DNA from: Octopus vulgaris
Lineage: Eukaryota
Direction of reading: 5' to 3'
Length of the DNA: 64,000 nucleotides
Assembly: GCA_951406725.2 (NCBI GenBank)
Contig: OX597818.1
Span: 123,876,001-123,940,000 of the forward strand
Shown here one piece after another: positions 1-12,203 of this stretch. Below the pieces are notes generated by a model. That model had not been told where the DNA came from, did not search any database, and was given only the letters and a program-made list of their open reading frames with translations. Both the position numbers and the translations under genes were made by a program. The number at the start of each line of letters is the position of its first letter. The first letter of the stretch is position 1.

Positions 1-356
1 ATAAGGAATATGCCTGCGCCGACAATTATTCCAACTTTACAAGCATTTCTTGGGTTGGCAAGCTATTAGCAAAGCTATATTCCTAATATGCACAAGTTAA
101 GAGCTCCATTGAACAGCTTATTAAAAAGTAAAGTGGAATTGGTCTACAAAATGCCAGAACTCATTTGAAGAAATTTTTAAAAAGTCTAATCTCAGGCTTG
201 TCATTAGCACATTACGATCCCGAAATGGACATCATTGTAGCGTCTGATGCTTTCGAGCACGAATTAGGTGCAATTCTACTTCATAAATACGAAGCCGGAA
301 ATACAAAACCAGTGGTTCATGTTTCTCGCTCGGTAATAGCGGCAGAGAAGAGATAT
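1..356 (+). pseudogene. Ty3/Gypsy LTR-retrotransposon pol fragment (RT thumb to RNase H), frameshifted
   Basis: Frame 1 reads IRNMPAPT..LQAFLGLASYYQSYIPNMHKLRAPLNSLLK. After a shift, ORF 165-401 gives LAHYDP..IIVASDA..LGAILLH..PVVHVSRSV..AEKRY, typical of Gypsy RT/RNase H. Interrupted by a SINE at ~361. Confidence 0.85.
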
Positions 357-360
357 GGAT

Positions 361-684
361 GGAAGCACTCCGTCGGTTACGACGACGAGGGTTCCGGTTG
401 ATCCGAATCAACGGAACAGCCTGCTCGTGAAATTAACGTGTAAGTGGCTGAGCACTCCACAGACACGTGTACCCTTAACGTAGTTCTCGGGGATATTCAG
501 CGTGACACAGAGAGTGACAAGGCCGACCCTTTGAAATACAGGTACAACAGAAACAGGAAGTAAGAGAAAGTTGTGGTGAAAGAGTACAGCAGGGATCACC
601 ACCATCCCCTGCCGGAGCCTCGTGGAGCTTTAGGTGTTTTCGCTCAATAAGCACTCACAACGCCCGGTCTGGGAATCGAAACCA
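361..684 (-). mobile_element. tRNA-derived SINE family A, 5'-truncated
   Basis: Near-identical to 6229-6609 and to the reverse complement of 31958-32341. Confidence 0.85.
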
Positions 685-1380
685 TAGTTAACCATTGTCA
701 GCTACAGTGATCACAAACTGGACGTATATAGCATGACTAGACGGGGATCCGGCTACTGGAAGCTAAATAAGTCGCTACTGACCTGTGAAGCCTACAGGAG
801 TCGGATTAGACAGTTAGTGATGGGGCATTGACAAGGACCATTATTAATAACAAATGATGGTATACCCTTAAAAGAACCATAAAAAAGAGTTGATTAGATT
901 TAGTAGAGAGTTAGCTAAGAATACAAATAGTGCAGAGAGGGACTTAGTGAATGCTTTAGAGGAGGCAATGAGATCTGGCTCTGCTTCTCGAGTGTCGACC
1001 GCGAGAACGGCGCTTAACCATCACCTCGAGGCTAAACTCAGAGCGAAGATACGTGCAATGGGCCAAGAGGGTACCAACTCTACCGGATGGGCTCGTGTTG
1101 TAGGGTCTCAGCGTGGCAATAATGTCACATTAAGGTCTTTGACGAACCAAAAAGGGGCAAACAGTAACTGAACCCGAGTAGATGTATACGGCCTTACACG
1201 AGCATTTCGCCGGATTGTTTCGGAGGGGGCATGGGCCTTAGCGTATGAAGGACCTCATGGACTTCTTCGCCGGTTTACCTCACCTCTCGAGGAGGCAGGT
1301 GAAGTTTTGTGAAGGGCCGATCACAGCTGTGGAAGTGGAGGAGGCATTGTCGGAATACGGTGGGGACAAGTCGCCAGGTC
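685..1380 (+). pseudogene. L1/Tx1-clade LINE ORF2 fragment (endonuclease C-terminus to RT N-terminus), degenerate
   Basis: Broken frames give SYSDHK, RRGSGYWKLNKSLL and GPITAVEVEEALSEYGGDKSPG, which are characteristic Tx1/L1 motifs. Confidence 0.75.
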
Positions 1381-1983
1381 GATTTTAATATTCTGTTACG
1401 AACGTAGTTGGGTACAGTATAACGCTCGTCCACCTTCAGATTTCACCCACTGTTATCCGACAGCAGTATTATACTTGCTGCCAGTTTTGCGTTGGGGCTT
1501 TCGTAGTGTGTGAATGGATAATTGAATGCTTCCAACAATGTGAACACTTCTAAAGGCACCCATCATTCAGCTGGTGTTGTTAAAGCGAGTGACGTTTTCA
1601 GTTATTACTCAAGCAAGCAACGGTATATTAGTCATTTTCCAATTTGTTTGGGTTTTTTTCTTTGTTTTTGGCCTTTGATTGTTTTTTTTAAGGCGTTGTT
1701 TCCATTTTAGTTTTCGTGAGTCGCAACTAGTTGTGTCGATAGAGTTACAGGCTAGCAGTTACAGAGTTGGCAGTTCATATTCCATCGCCAGCACCGCGTT
1801 GTATTTTTGCAAAGATTCCTAGTTTTGAAAAACCAATTCACGCAGGTGTGAATAGTTCCATTGAGAATAATAAAATTTACGGTTCTAGAATGACGACATA
1901 CTAAAAGATTTATAATTTTGTTGATTTTTATAATATCAAGCCCTTTCGTGGACACTGAATACGATAGTAAATCATGAGATTTT

Positions 1984-2623
1984 ATAATAATAATGAAATT
2001 ATTGTATACAGTGCTCAGGTGCACCACAACTTGTCAGAAAGTGCATATAAAGTACATGCAGTAATGTAGAAATGTCTGGAAAGCGAACAATGTATGAGTC
2101 AAATACATGCTTGTGTGTGTATGGCGGGGGAGAAAATCAGGTGTAGTGTTGGCGAATCTCAGAAAGCATGGACGTTTTGAAGGACGCAGTGCTCCGACAA
2201 CTAACAACTGATGCCGGCAGTTTGTTCCATGCTTCAGCAACTCTCAGCGTGAAAAAATGTTTCTTGAAGTCATGGGAGCTGTGCTGCTTTCTGACTTTGT
2301 AAATATGTTCATGGGTGTTAGACGGGTGGAGTTTGAAAAGGTGCTCAGAGTTATTGTTTGTACGATGGTTGATAATTTTATGAGTGTCTGCCGAGTCAGC
2401 TGCCAGACGTCGGAGTTTCAATGTGTCCATGCCCAAGGAAGTAAGGCGTTCAGAATATGGCAAATGCCTGATGGAGGGTATTCTTTTGGTTGCACGTCGC
2501 TGAACGGCTTCCAGACGATTAATATCCTGGGCAAGATAGGGGTTCCAGACCGGTGATGTAAATTCCAGGTAAGGTCTTACCATAGCTATATAAAGCCGCA
2601 GAAAGATAGCCGGAGAGCGGCTC
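1984..2623 (-). mobile_element. 5'-truncated CR1/L2-like LINE (ORF2 C-terminus, 3' UTR, (TTA)n tail)
   Basis: ORF 2137-2652(-) contains LYIAMVRPYLEFTSPVWNPY..INRLEAVQRRATK..FFTLRVAEAWNKLP. Flanked by a 34-bp direct repeat (1947-1980 / 2624-2657). Confidence 0.85.
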
Positions 2624-3229
2624 CGTGGACGTTGACTACGATAGTAAATCATGAGATGTTATTTTAACAAATTTCATATTTTATTATTTGCATCATTTAC
2701 TCAATATATGAATTCTTCTTTTCTGTTATTTTCTACCCACAACATTAAAAATAATAAAGCGAACATTGGAATAAATGTTAAAAATAGGTAAAGAGTTATC
2801 TCCACTGGCAGTCGATATTAACACAGCCTGTACATTTCGTTTCGTCATAGTTACTTACTAACTACTATGGACAAATACATTTAAAGGTTATTTCACACAC
2901 ATTCTGATTCTCAGTAGATTAAGGAAATATACAGATCTACCCTCGAATTTAGTGCAGCCAATGAGAAATTTTTGAATTATTACAAGGAAACAAGCATTCG
3001 TGTGCGAAAGACTTATTTAAACGACAAATAAGCATATATTCAGAAATACTAAATTTCTAAATCTCTCGTAGCGACATGTACGGTGGTGGGGCGATAGAAT
3101 GGTTGTATACTGTCAATCTGACCCCCTACTGTCACGTTCGTGTTAGATTGACAGTATACAACCATTCTAAGCATATATTTTTTTTTATTTACTGAAAGCG
3201 TAAAATATTGACAAATTTGCTGTGATTTA

Positions 3230-3234
<5 letters not shown>

Positions 3235-3282
<48 letters not shown>
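3235..3282. repeat. (TA)n microsatellite
   Basis: Direct reading. Confidence 0.95.
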
Positions 3283-3286
<4 letters not shown>

Positions 3287-4302
3287 GCCAAGCTACATTT
3301 CTAAATAATGATAATGTTGCATGCGTTTTGAAAATTCAAAAGCCAAAAATCAGGACGTCGTTAAGAATAAATTTGCAATAAGTCAAGAGTTATCTCCCTT
3401 GACATTACTTTGTTTACGACAAAATCATTTTAGTAGCGATTAACGGTGTCAACAATGAAGTTTTTGCCCGATAATAAAAGAAACACTGAGAACTTAATAA
3501 ATTACTGAACAATATATTTATGGAGTGATTTGGACGTGAATTTTCTGTGAGATACATATTTCTAGATTGCTTCACTTTACTTAAGTTTCCGGAATATGTA
3601 TCAAATTTTCTGAGGGAAGCACATATTGGATCCAAGGTTTGTGAGTGAAGGTGGGTAGATGGAAGCCGTATGGAAAACTGTCGGATGGAATGTACCAGTA
3701 ATTCAAAGGTAGAATCTTGTCACACATTGTGCCATGCTGCTTCTGTTTTAAAATTATGTAAAATGGAACACATCTATAGAATACTCAGCAGCAACATTTA
3801 AAATACAAGGGCAGATAATTCAGTCATTCGAGTAAGTGAATTTGCACCGTGGAGACCGACGGATATCCATTTACTATGGCACGAAGGAAGGAAGGAATTT
3901 TATGTCAGATCAATCGTAGTACTACAAGCAATGTACGTACGTACGTACGTATGTATGTATGTATGTAGGAGAAGGTAACTCGGGTAACTGGGATAACTCC
4001 GACATAAAACCTGCGGCTCAGTGGTTACCGATGATGTCGACTTGTTCTTCTTTTCGGATTATGGCTGCTGTTGTTTAGTGAGTGGGATTGATTCAGTGCA
4101 CAGCCTTTCCTTACTTTAAAAAAAATCTTCTTGCACAGGCATTGCACGATAACATTGTTCATAATTGTTGATGGTGCTGTGAGTCTCAACTGAATTGCTG
4201 GCTGTAGCCTTAAAAAGCAAATAAAAATCAGATTCGATCACAGCACCAATAACAGTTGAGCTTCGTGCAATGGCCATACTCGATAATGAGGGGGCAGCCA
4301 TC

Positions 4303-4353
4303 ATGTATGTATGTATGTATGTATGTATGTATGTATGTATGTATGTATGTATG
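4303..4353. repeat. (TATG)n microsatellite
   Basis: Direct reading. Confidence 0.95.
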
Positions 4354-4519
4354 TCTTCCTTCCTCTTTTTAAATTATTATAAATCTTCCACTGAGGAGGC
4401 AACCAGTTTCCAACAAAGAGACAAGGCTCCATCTTTGGGATGTAGTTAACATAGACAAATTCACATTTGGAACTTGAGAAAAGTCTTGCATATATATGTA
4501 TGTATGTATGTAGATAAGT

Positions 4520-5610
4520 GGGAATGAAGGAAAGAAGCAAGCAACCAAGCAACCAAGCAACCAAGCAAGGAAGGAAGGAAGTTAGGAAGGAAGGAAGGAA
4601 GGAAGGAAGGAAGGAAGGAAGGAAGGAAGGAAGGAAGGAAGGACAGAAGGAAGGAAGGAAGGAAGGAAGGAAGGTAGGTAGGAAGGAAGGAAGCAAGGAA
4701 GGAAGGGAGGAAGGAAGGAAGGAGGGAGGGAAGGAAGGAAGGAAGGAAGGAAGGAAGGAAGGACAGAAGGAAGGAAGGAAGGAAGGAAGGAAGGTAGGTA
4801 GGAAGGAAGGAAGCAAGGAAGGAAGGGAGGAAGGAAGGAAGGAGGGAGGGAAGGAAGGAAGGAAGGAAGGGAGGGAGGAAGGAAGGAAGAAAGAAAGGAA
4901 GGACAGAAGGAAGGAAGGAGGGAGGGAAGCAAGCAAGCAAGCAAGGAAGGAAGGAAGGAAGGAAGGAAGGTAGGTAGGAAGGAAGGAAGGAAGCAACCAA
5001 GCAAGGAAGGAAGGAAGGAAGGTAGGTAGGTAGGAAGGAAGGAAGGAAGGAAGGAAGGAAGGAAGGAAGGAAGGAAGGAAGGAAGGAAGGTAGGAAGGAA
5101 GGAAGCAAGGAAGGAAGGAAGGAAGGAAGGAAGGAAGGAAGGAAGGAAGGAAGGAAGGAAGGAAGGAAGGAAGGAAGGAAGGAAGGAAGGAAGGAAGGAA
5201 GGAAGGAAGGAAGGAAGGTAGGTAGGAAGGAAGGAAGCAAGGAAGGAAGGGAGGAAGGAAGGAAGGGAGGGAGGAAGGAAGGAAGGAAGGAAGGAGGGAG
5301 GAAGGAAGGAAGAAAGAAAGGAAGGACAGAAGGAAGGAAGGAGGGAGGGAAGCAAGCAAGCAAGCAAGGAAGGAAGGAAGGAAGGAAGGTAGGTAGGTAG
5401 GAAGGAAGGAAGGAAGCAACCAAGCAAAGAAGGAAGGAAGGAAGGAAGGTAGGAAGGAAGGAAGGAAGGAAGGAAGGAAGGAAGGAAGGAAGGAAGGAAG
5501 GAAGGAAGGAAGGAAGGAAGGAAGGAAGGAAGGAAGGAAGCAAGCAAGGAAGGAAGCAAGCAAGGAAGGGAGGAAGGGAGGAAGGGAGGAAGGAAGGAAG
5601 GAAGGAAGGA
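4520..5610. repeat. ~1.1-kb (GGAA)n purine microsatellite with higher-order duplications
   Basis: GGAA units with GGTA/GCAA/GGGA variants; 4621-4740 is identical to 4741-4860. Confidence 0.95.
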
Positions 5611-5759
5611 TTTTATGCCAGATCAATCTTGGTACTATTAGTAGCATGTAAACCAGTACAACCAGTCACATAGTCGGTCCGTCGGCTACTAAACCGATAC
5701 CCCTCCCAAGTCTGCTTGGCAAGGAGAGTGATTTTCATTGGACATTCTCCGGGGCGAAA

Positions 5760-5950
5760 GGCGTAGCCGTATTTCGTCTGCCGTTACGTTCTGAGTTCAA
5801 ATTCCGCCGAGGTCGACTTTGCCTTTCATCCTTTCGGGGTCGATAAATTAAGTACCAGTTACGTAATTGGGTCGACGTAAGCGACTTGATCCGTTTGTCT
5901 GTCCTTGCTTGTCCCCTCTATGTTTAGCCCCTTGTGGGTAATAAACAGAT
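5760..5950 (+). mobile_element. SINE family D, 5'-truncated, 16-bp TSD
   Basis: B-box-like GAGTTCAAATTC. TSD ATTCTCCGGGGCGAAA at 5744-5759 and 5951-5966. Same family as 62141-62351. Confidence 0.85.
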
Positions 5951-6228
5951 ATTCTCCGGGGCGAAAAACAAAACCTGTTAAAGGATGGGTAAAATCAGTA
6001 GAATTAACGGCCATCCAACAGATGGGAGTGAGAAGCACCTAGTCTTTGTTTTTGATATCCCTCTCGGAGACGGAAATTCCGAAATATAACCGGCTTCATT
6101 GTGAAGCCGGAGATCTTGTCTCTGCTTGTTTCTGGACTGCTTAGCTTTGTAGTTGAGAGTCTTAGCAGTGTTATGCCAACTGTTATTGATTTTAAATTTC
6201 GGTATTTCCGTTGTAATTTTTAAAAAAA

Positions 6229-6609
6229 GAAGCACTCCGTCGGTTACGACGACGAGGGTTCCGGTTGATCCGATCAACGGAACAGCCTGCTCGTGAAATT
6301 AACGTGTAAGTGGCTGAGCACTCCACAGACACGTGTACCCTTAACGTAGTTCTCGGGGATATTCAGCGTGACACAGAGAGTGACAAGGTCGGCCCTTTGA
6401 AATACAGGTACAACAGAAACAGGAAGTAAGAGTGAGAGAAAGTTGTGGTGAAAGAGTAGAGCAGGGATCACCACCATCCCTGCCGGAGCCTCGTGGAGCT
6501 TTAGGTGTTTTCGCTCAATAAACACTCACAACGCCCGGTCTGGGAATCGAAACCGCGATCCTACGACCGCGAGTCAGCTGCCCTAACCACTGGGCCATTT
6601 CGCCTCCAC
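6229..6609 (-). mobile_element. tRNA-derived SINE family A, full length
   Basis: On the minus strand the head reads GTGGAGGCGAAATGGCCCAGTGGTTAGG..GGTTTCGATTCCC (A/B boxes). TSD TCCGTTGTAATT at 6207-6218 / 6610-6621. Confidence 0.9.
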
Positions 6610-7040
6610 TCCGTTGTAATTAACATCTATGATAAGATAATTAATCAGTTGCTTCTGATGGAGGAATCACCTGAGGATTCAGCCCCCACCCTTATGCCCT
6701 TCCCCCAGGAATTGTAGGCAGGGATGACGGATGGATTAATATTTACCACGTTTGCTTATCTTTTACTTTCTAATCGTTTCGGTCGTTGCACTTCCTTGAC
6801 GGGATTAGTCGAACGCATAAACCCCGCCAGCAGCACTTAGTCTTTAAGCCTGGTACTTATTCTGTCGCAATCGTTGTCGAACCGCTAAGTCATGCGGACG
6901 TAAACAAACCAACATTGGTTGTTAAATGGTGACATGGGACAACCACAAACGCAATCTCACTGAAGCTTTGAATATCGATATTTATTTATAAGGCGGCATA
7001 TGAAGTTAGAACATGTTTATTTTGTTAGAGCTGTCTACAG

Positions 7041-7077
7041 TCCTCTCTCTCTCTCTCTCACTCCCTCTCTCTCTCTC

Positions 7078-7108
<31 letters not shown>

Positions 7109-7568
7109 CCTCTCTCTTCTCTTTCTCCTCTCTCTTCTCTTTCTCCTTTCTTTCTCTATCTTTTTCTTTACCTTTTCTTTCTCTGATTCTCCCGCTCCTG
7201 CTCTCTCGCTCTCTCTTTTCTCTCTCCCTCACTCCCTCTCTCTTCTCTCTCTCTCTCTCTCTCTCCTTTCTTTCTCTTTATCTTTTTCTTTACCTTTTCA
7301 TTCTCTGATTCTCCCTCTCCTGCTCTCTCTCTCTCTCTTTTCTCTCTCCCTCACTCCCTCTCTCTTCTCTCTCTCTCTCTCCTTTCTTTTTATTTACCTT
7401 TTCTTTCTCTGATTCTCCCTCTCCCGCTCTCTCGCTCTCTCTTTTTCTCTCTCTCTCACTTTCTAACTCTCATTTATCTATTTTTTTATTTGTTTCTTTC
7501 TCTCATTCTCTCTGGCGTTCTCTCCGTCTCCTTTTTTCTCTCTCTCTCTCGCTCTTTCTCTCTTTCAA

Positions 7569-7599
<31 letters not shown>

Positions 7600-7697
7600 T
7601 ACATACATACATATATACATACATACATACATACATACATACATACATACATACATACATACATACATACATACATACATACATACATACATACACA
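7041..7697. repeat. compound (CT)n / (CA)n / (TACA)n microsatellite
   Basis: Direct reading. Confidence 0.95.
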
Positions 7698-7794
7698 CCA
7701 TTTCTGGACTAAATAGCACTAAATGATAGCGACGTCTTTGCAAGGGACTTAACTCTTCTATACTTACTTCCCTTGGAAATAACGCCGTACAATA

Positions 7795-9030
7795 TTACGT
7801 ACTGTCGTCTCCCTACCCAACAACAAACGACCCGGAAACACCCACGGTTTAAACACCGGCACATCCTCAACTACGTTCTGACAAGATCAAGGGACAGACG
7901 ATATGTACGCATCACCCGCTCCATGCCTGGTGCAGATGACTGCTGGACGGATCACGGCCTTCTTTTTTTTTACCTTGACATCAAGATTCGCTGCCCAGCA
8001 AAGCGGGTCTCAGCAAACATACCTTGCCGACGCTTCGACTGCGCCAAACTCCGTAACTCACAGGCATCCCAAGACTTCAGGTAATCCATTGTGAGACACC
8101 TGGTGGACCTCCCAGAGCCAACCTCCAGTGGACGAGCCTTCGTGAAGCCATGACCGCTGCCGCCGAGGAGACAATCGGCTTTGCCCGGAAGAAGGACCAA
8201 GACTGGTTTGACGAGAATGATGAAACCATCTCCCGTCTTATTGAAGGCAAACTCCGGACGCGCCTAGTCCTCGAGAACCATGCCGCTGCGGAGAACAAAC
8301 GGAAACCCCAGCAAGCATCAGCGGAAAGCCAGCGAGGAATTCGAGAAGCTCAGAACATCGGGTAGCAGAGGAAAGCAGAGGAGACGCAAAACTTCGCGGA
8401 CCAATGAAACTTGCGCAGCTTCTATGCCGCAACCAAGGAGATCTTCGGCCCCACAAGGTCATCAGTGGGCGGCCTGAAGAACGCAGCTGGCACTACGATA
8501 ACCGACACCCAGAGAATCCTCGATCGCTTGAAGTCCCATTTCGAGTACCTTCTTAACGACCGCTCAGGCACTCCTGACGATCACCTCAAAACCACCCCAC
8601 AGTTCCCCATCCGCCATTGGATGTCCCTGCCGCCCTCACGCCATGAGTTCATCAAGGCACTTGCGCGCATGAAGCCGGGGAAAGCGCCAAGACCAGACAA
8701 CATTTCCTTTGAGTTTTTTACGCACGGGTGTCCTGAACTGAGAAATCATCTGATGCTCATTATCCTCACGATCTGGGAAAGCAAGACACCCGCCGAACGA
8801 CTTCCGCGATGCGACTCTCCACACCATCTAGAAGAAGGGAGACAGAGAGGATTGCAATAACTATCGGGACATGTCACTTCTGAGCATTGCAAGTAAGATC
8901 TTCGCCCGTATCCTACTCAATCGCCTCATCCTCACAGAAGACGTGTTTCCCATCACTAGGGGTTTTAAGCAAGGATGCGTCGTTGCACCAACCTGTTTCT
9001 CTTTGTACATGGCCGCCATGTTCAGCGAAA
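7795..9030 (+). pseudogene. RTE-clade LINE fragment (endonuclease end, linker, RT start) with frameshifts and internal deletion
   Basis: TTRKHPRFKHRHILNYVLTR..VRITRSMPGADDCWTDH; KDQDWFDENDETI; MRSFYAATKEIFGP; MKPGKAPRPDNI; DCNNYRDMSLLSIASKIFARILLNRL joined directly to FPITRGFKQGCVVAP. Confidence 0.88.
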
Positions 9031-9089
9031 TCCCACTATAGGCTACAGTTAAACAGTAGTCAAATTTGAGAATCCTGCGCGCCCTTGAC

Positions 9090-9098
9090 GTATGTGTA

Positions 9099-9173
<75 letters not shown>

Positions 9174-9203
9174 ATGTGTGTGTGTGCGTGCGCACACACA
9201 CAC
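9090..9203. repeat. (TG)n microsatellite
   Basis: Direct reading. Confidence 0.95.
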
Positions 9204-10149
9204 AACTCCTTAATAACCAGCGACAGCAATAACAATGGTATGAACAAGATAAGTTACTCCATTTAAAATAATATGAGATAATGTGGCACGCTTGGGTGTT
9301 TTAAAATTAAATGAAATATCTTTGATCTTAGGTCAATGAGGATTAACTTCAGACTAAATAGCAAGAGACTATTAGTAAGAGCAATATGATTGCCACCACC
9401 ACCAGTAATATCCTTGCCAACACCATTACCGTCATCAGCAACAGCAAATAGGAAACAATAATAGTATCAGCACGACTGCAATGTCTGTATCTACATATGT
9501 TGTGTGTCAATGTAACAGATTGTGCATGTGTGTAAACACGAGTAGATTGTGGAGTTTTATGGCTCAAGCCAGAGGTTCAAGTCAAGGAGCAAAGGGCCCA
9601 CGAACATGGTAGCCCTTCAACTAATTAATTGTACAGTACTTCTTCCCATCTCATTCATTCAGCCTTTCATCTTTTCATTTCCATTCGAATAAAACAATTT
9701 TTTGCTTTCACCAAATAATTCTTTCCTGGTCCTATTTTTAATTTTTTTTTTTTTACCAAACATTTGTTATAAATTTGATTGCCGCCGCTGTGGGATTTAC
9801 TTAAAAACTTGAGCTGTATGGAAGGAAGCCATCGAGTGGAGCTGAAGGCAGTAGTGCGCAAAGGAACCGTAAAGTGATTACACGGGATATTACACACAGT
9901 GATTTTTTTAAAAAAACTTGATGCAGTAGAAAATAACCACATAGCCAAAACATTAAAGCTTGTAATGTCCGCAATAAAAGTAAAAGTAATGCTCAACAGG
10001 CTGCTCTTTTAACTGCTTGAACCTTATTTTCCACATAGAACCAATGCGACGTTTAAAATAAATTGTTCTTGGACCGAGGGTCAAATTAGATATAATGTGC
10101 TGATAATCACGATGGTAATTTTAAAAACCACAATAACAGTTTGTATAAT

Positions 10150-10645
10150 GATTTTCAGAAAAAGAAAAGTGAAGTTTATTGTGCAAAACCTTTTCTGGCA
10201 AGTAAAGGTCGGTTTGAAAGTTTTACAAAGTGCTTGAATTTGCACAACTTAAAAAGGATTTGTGAAGCTGCATGTGTTGAAACAGAGTTTGATACAGAGA
10301 TAGTTACTAATGATCCGGGACGGCTGAAGAAATTTATTACTAAGGGGGCTACATATTAGAGCAAGTATGAAATGTTGATGAAATTGCACTTTTTTGGAAG
10401 TATATACAAGCTAGAATTTTCATTCCTTCAGCCAATGGATCAAGATGTGATAACATACTTCAAGGCGTATTATCTGAGAACTTTCAGAAAACTTATGAAT
10501 GCAATTGACAGGGAGCATAAACCTACTCTTGGAGACTTTTGGAAGAATTTCAGTATGAGAGATGAAATAAGATGAATACCGTAGCTGGGTCAAGGAATTA
10601 AATAAAATTCTTAATTCTGAATGTCCTTTAGAAAAATATATGGCC
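10150..10645 (+). pseudogene. Tigger/pogo-like DNA transposase relic (probably continues 11107-11400 beyond a SINE)
   Basis: FLASKGRFESFTKCLNLHNLKRICEAA and LQPMDQDVITYFKAYYLRTF..TLGDFWKNFSMRD match CENP-B/DDE_1 Tigger motifs. Confidence 0.75.
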
Positions 10646-10653
10646 AGATATAT

Positions 10654-10819
10654 AGGCGCAGGAGTGGCTGTGTGGTAAGTAGCTTGTTTACCAACCACAT
10701 GGTTCCGGGTTCAGTCCCACTGCATGGCACCTTGTGTAAGTGTCTTCTACTATAGCCTCGGGCCGACCAAAGCCTTGTGAGTGGATTTGGTAGACGGAAA
10801 CTGAAAGAAACCCGTCGTA

Positions 10820-10888
<69 letters not shown>

Positions 10889-11103
10889 TTGTGCATCCGT
10901 GTTTGTCCCCCTAGCATTGCTTGACACCGATGCTGATGTGTTTATGTCCCCGTTACTTAGCGGTTCGGCAAAAGAGACCGATAGAATAAGTACTGGGCTT
11001 ACAAAGAATAAGTGCCGGGATCGTGTTGCTCGATTAAAGGCGGTGCTCCAGCATGGCCGCAGTCAAATGACTGAAACAAGTAAAAGAGTAAAAGAGTAAA
11101 AGA
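10654..11103 (+). mobile_element. tRNA-derived SINE family B (internal TA/TG microsatellite, AAAGAGTA tail), full length
   Basis: Head AGGCGCAGGAGTGGCTGTGTGGTAAG..GGGTTCAGTCCC (A/B boxes); more than 15 copies in the window. Confidence 0.9.
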
Positions 11104-11646
11104 GAGATTGTATCCGTGACTTTACATGTTTTCCACAAGAAGTAAGTCTACATCAAATTCGGAAAGATATTGTGACGCCTTCAAATGATGTGGAGTTTGA
11201 AGAAATCATTAGAGAATGGTGTGGCTGCGTTGTTAGTGTCCCATAGAGAATGTTTATCTACCAAGAAACTAAATTCTGTTAGAAAAAGAGCAAGGTGAGA
11301 ATACAGATGAGAATACAGATGAGAATATGGAAACTCTGTCAACTTCATTTAAATTAAATACTAAGAATATTGCTAAAGTGTCTGAAAGTTTTTGCGGATG
11401 ACAACTCTGTAACATAAAAATTACGAGATAAGGTTACAATGAGCTCAATTTTTTTAATTAGTTGCGATTTTTTTTATATATATAATTAACTTTTTTTTAT
11501 TTCCAGTTTTCCCTGTTATAATTTAAGACAGCACGGCCAGGGAACCATGAAGTCTTATATAAAACAAATTGAAAACAGCACCTTTTTTCTGAAAAGAAAG
11601 AAAAAGGGAAAGCAAAAAATAAATAATAAATAAATAAAATAAAAGC

Positions 11647-11697
11647 AAAGCCTTGTGAGTGGATTTAGTAGACGGAAACTGAAAGAAGCCTGTCGTA

Positions 11698-11763
<66 letters not shown>

Positions 11764-11991
11764 TGTGTGTGTTTGTGCGTTTGTGTTTGTCCCCTAGCAT
11801 TGCTTGACAACCGATGCTGGTGTGTTTATGTCCCCGTCACTTAGCGGTTCGGCAAAAGGGACCGATAGAATAAGTACTGGGCTTACAAAAGAATAAGTCC
11901 TGGGGTCGAGTTGCTCGATTAAAGGCGGTGCTCCAGCATGGCCGCAGTCAAATGACTGAAACAAGTAAAAGTAAAGTAAAGTAAAGTAAAG
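11647..11991 (+). mobile_element. SINE family B, 5'-truncated
   Basis: Matches the 3' part of 10654-11103. Confidence 0.85.
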
Positions 11992-12203
11992 AGAAGAGAG
12001 AACAGAAGGAATAAAAAATAAATAGATGGAATAAAATAAAATAGACTACACACTTTTACACATTCGCTCGTCAATCATAAAATCTTAATGCAGTACTACA
12101 AGTGACACTAGAGGACTACATACATTTAGAAATCAGTATAGAAATGTATGTTAACGCCAAGTTTCTATTTCTATTAAGTCAACGTTAATATTTTTTTTAG
12201 TCG

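Noticed and set aside
1752-2027. 91-aa minus-strand ORF and nearby acceptor-like site
   Set aside because: It starts in a LINE tail, shows no recognisable domain, and I could not build a consistent exon chain.
4301-5647. Long ORFs (448, 360, 325 aa) of LPSF repeats
   Set aside because: Translations of a stop-free (TTCC)n microsatellite; no coding evidence.
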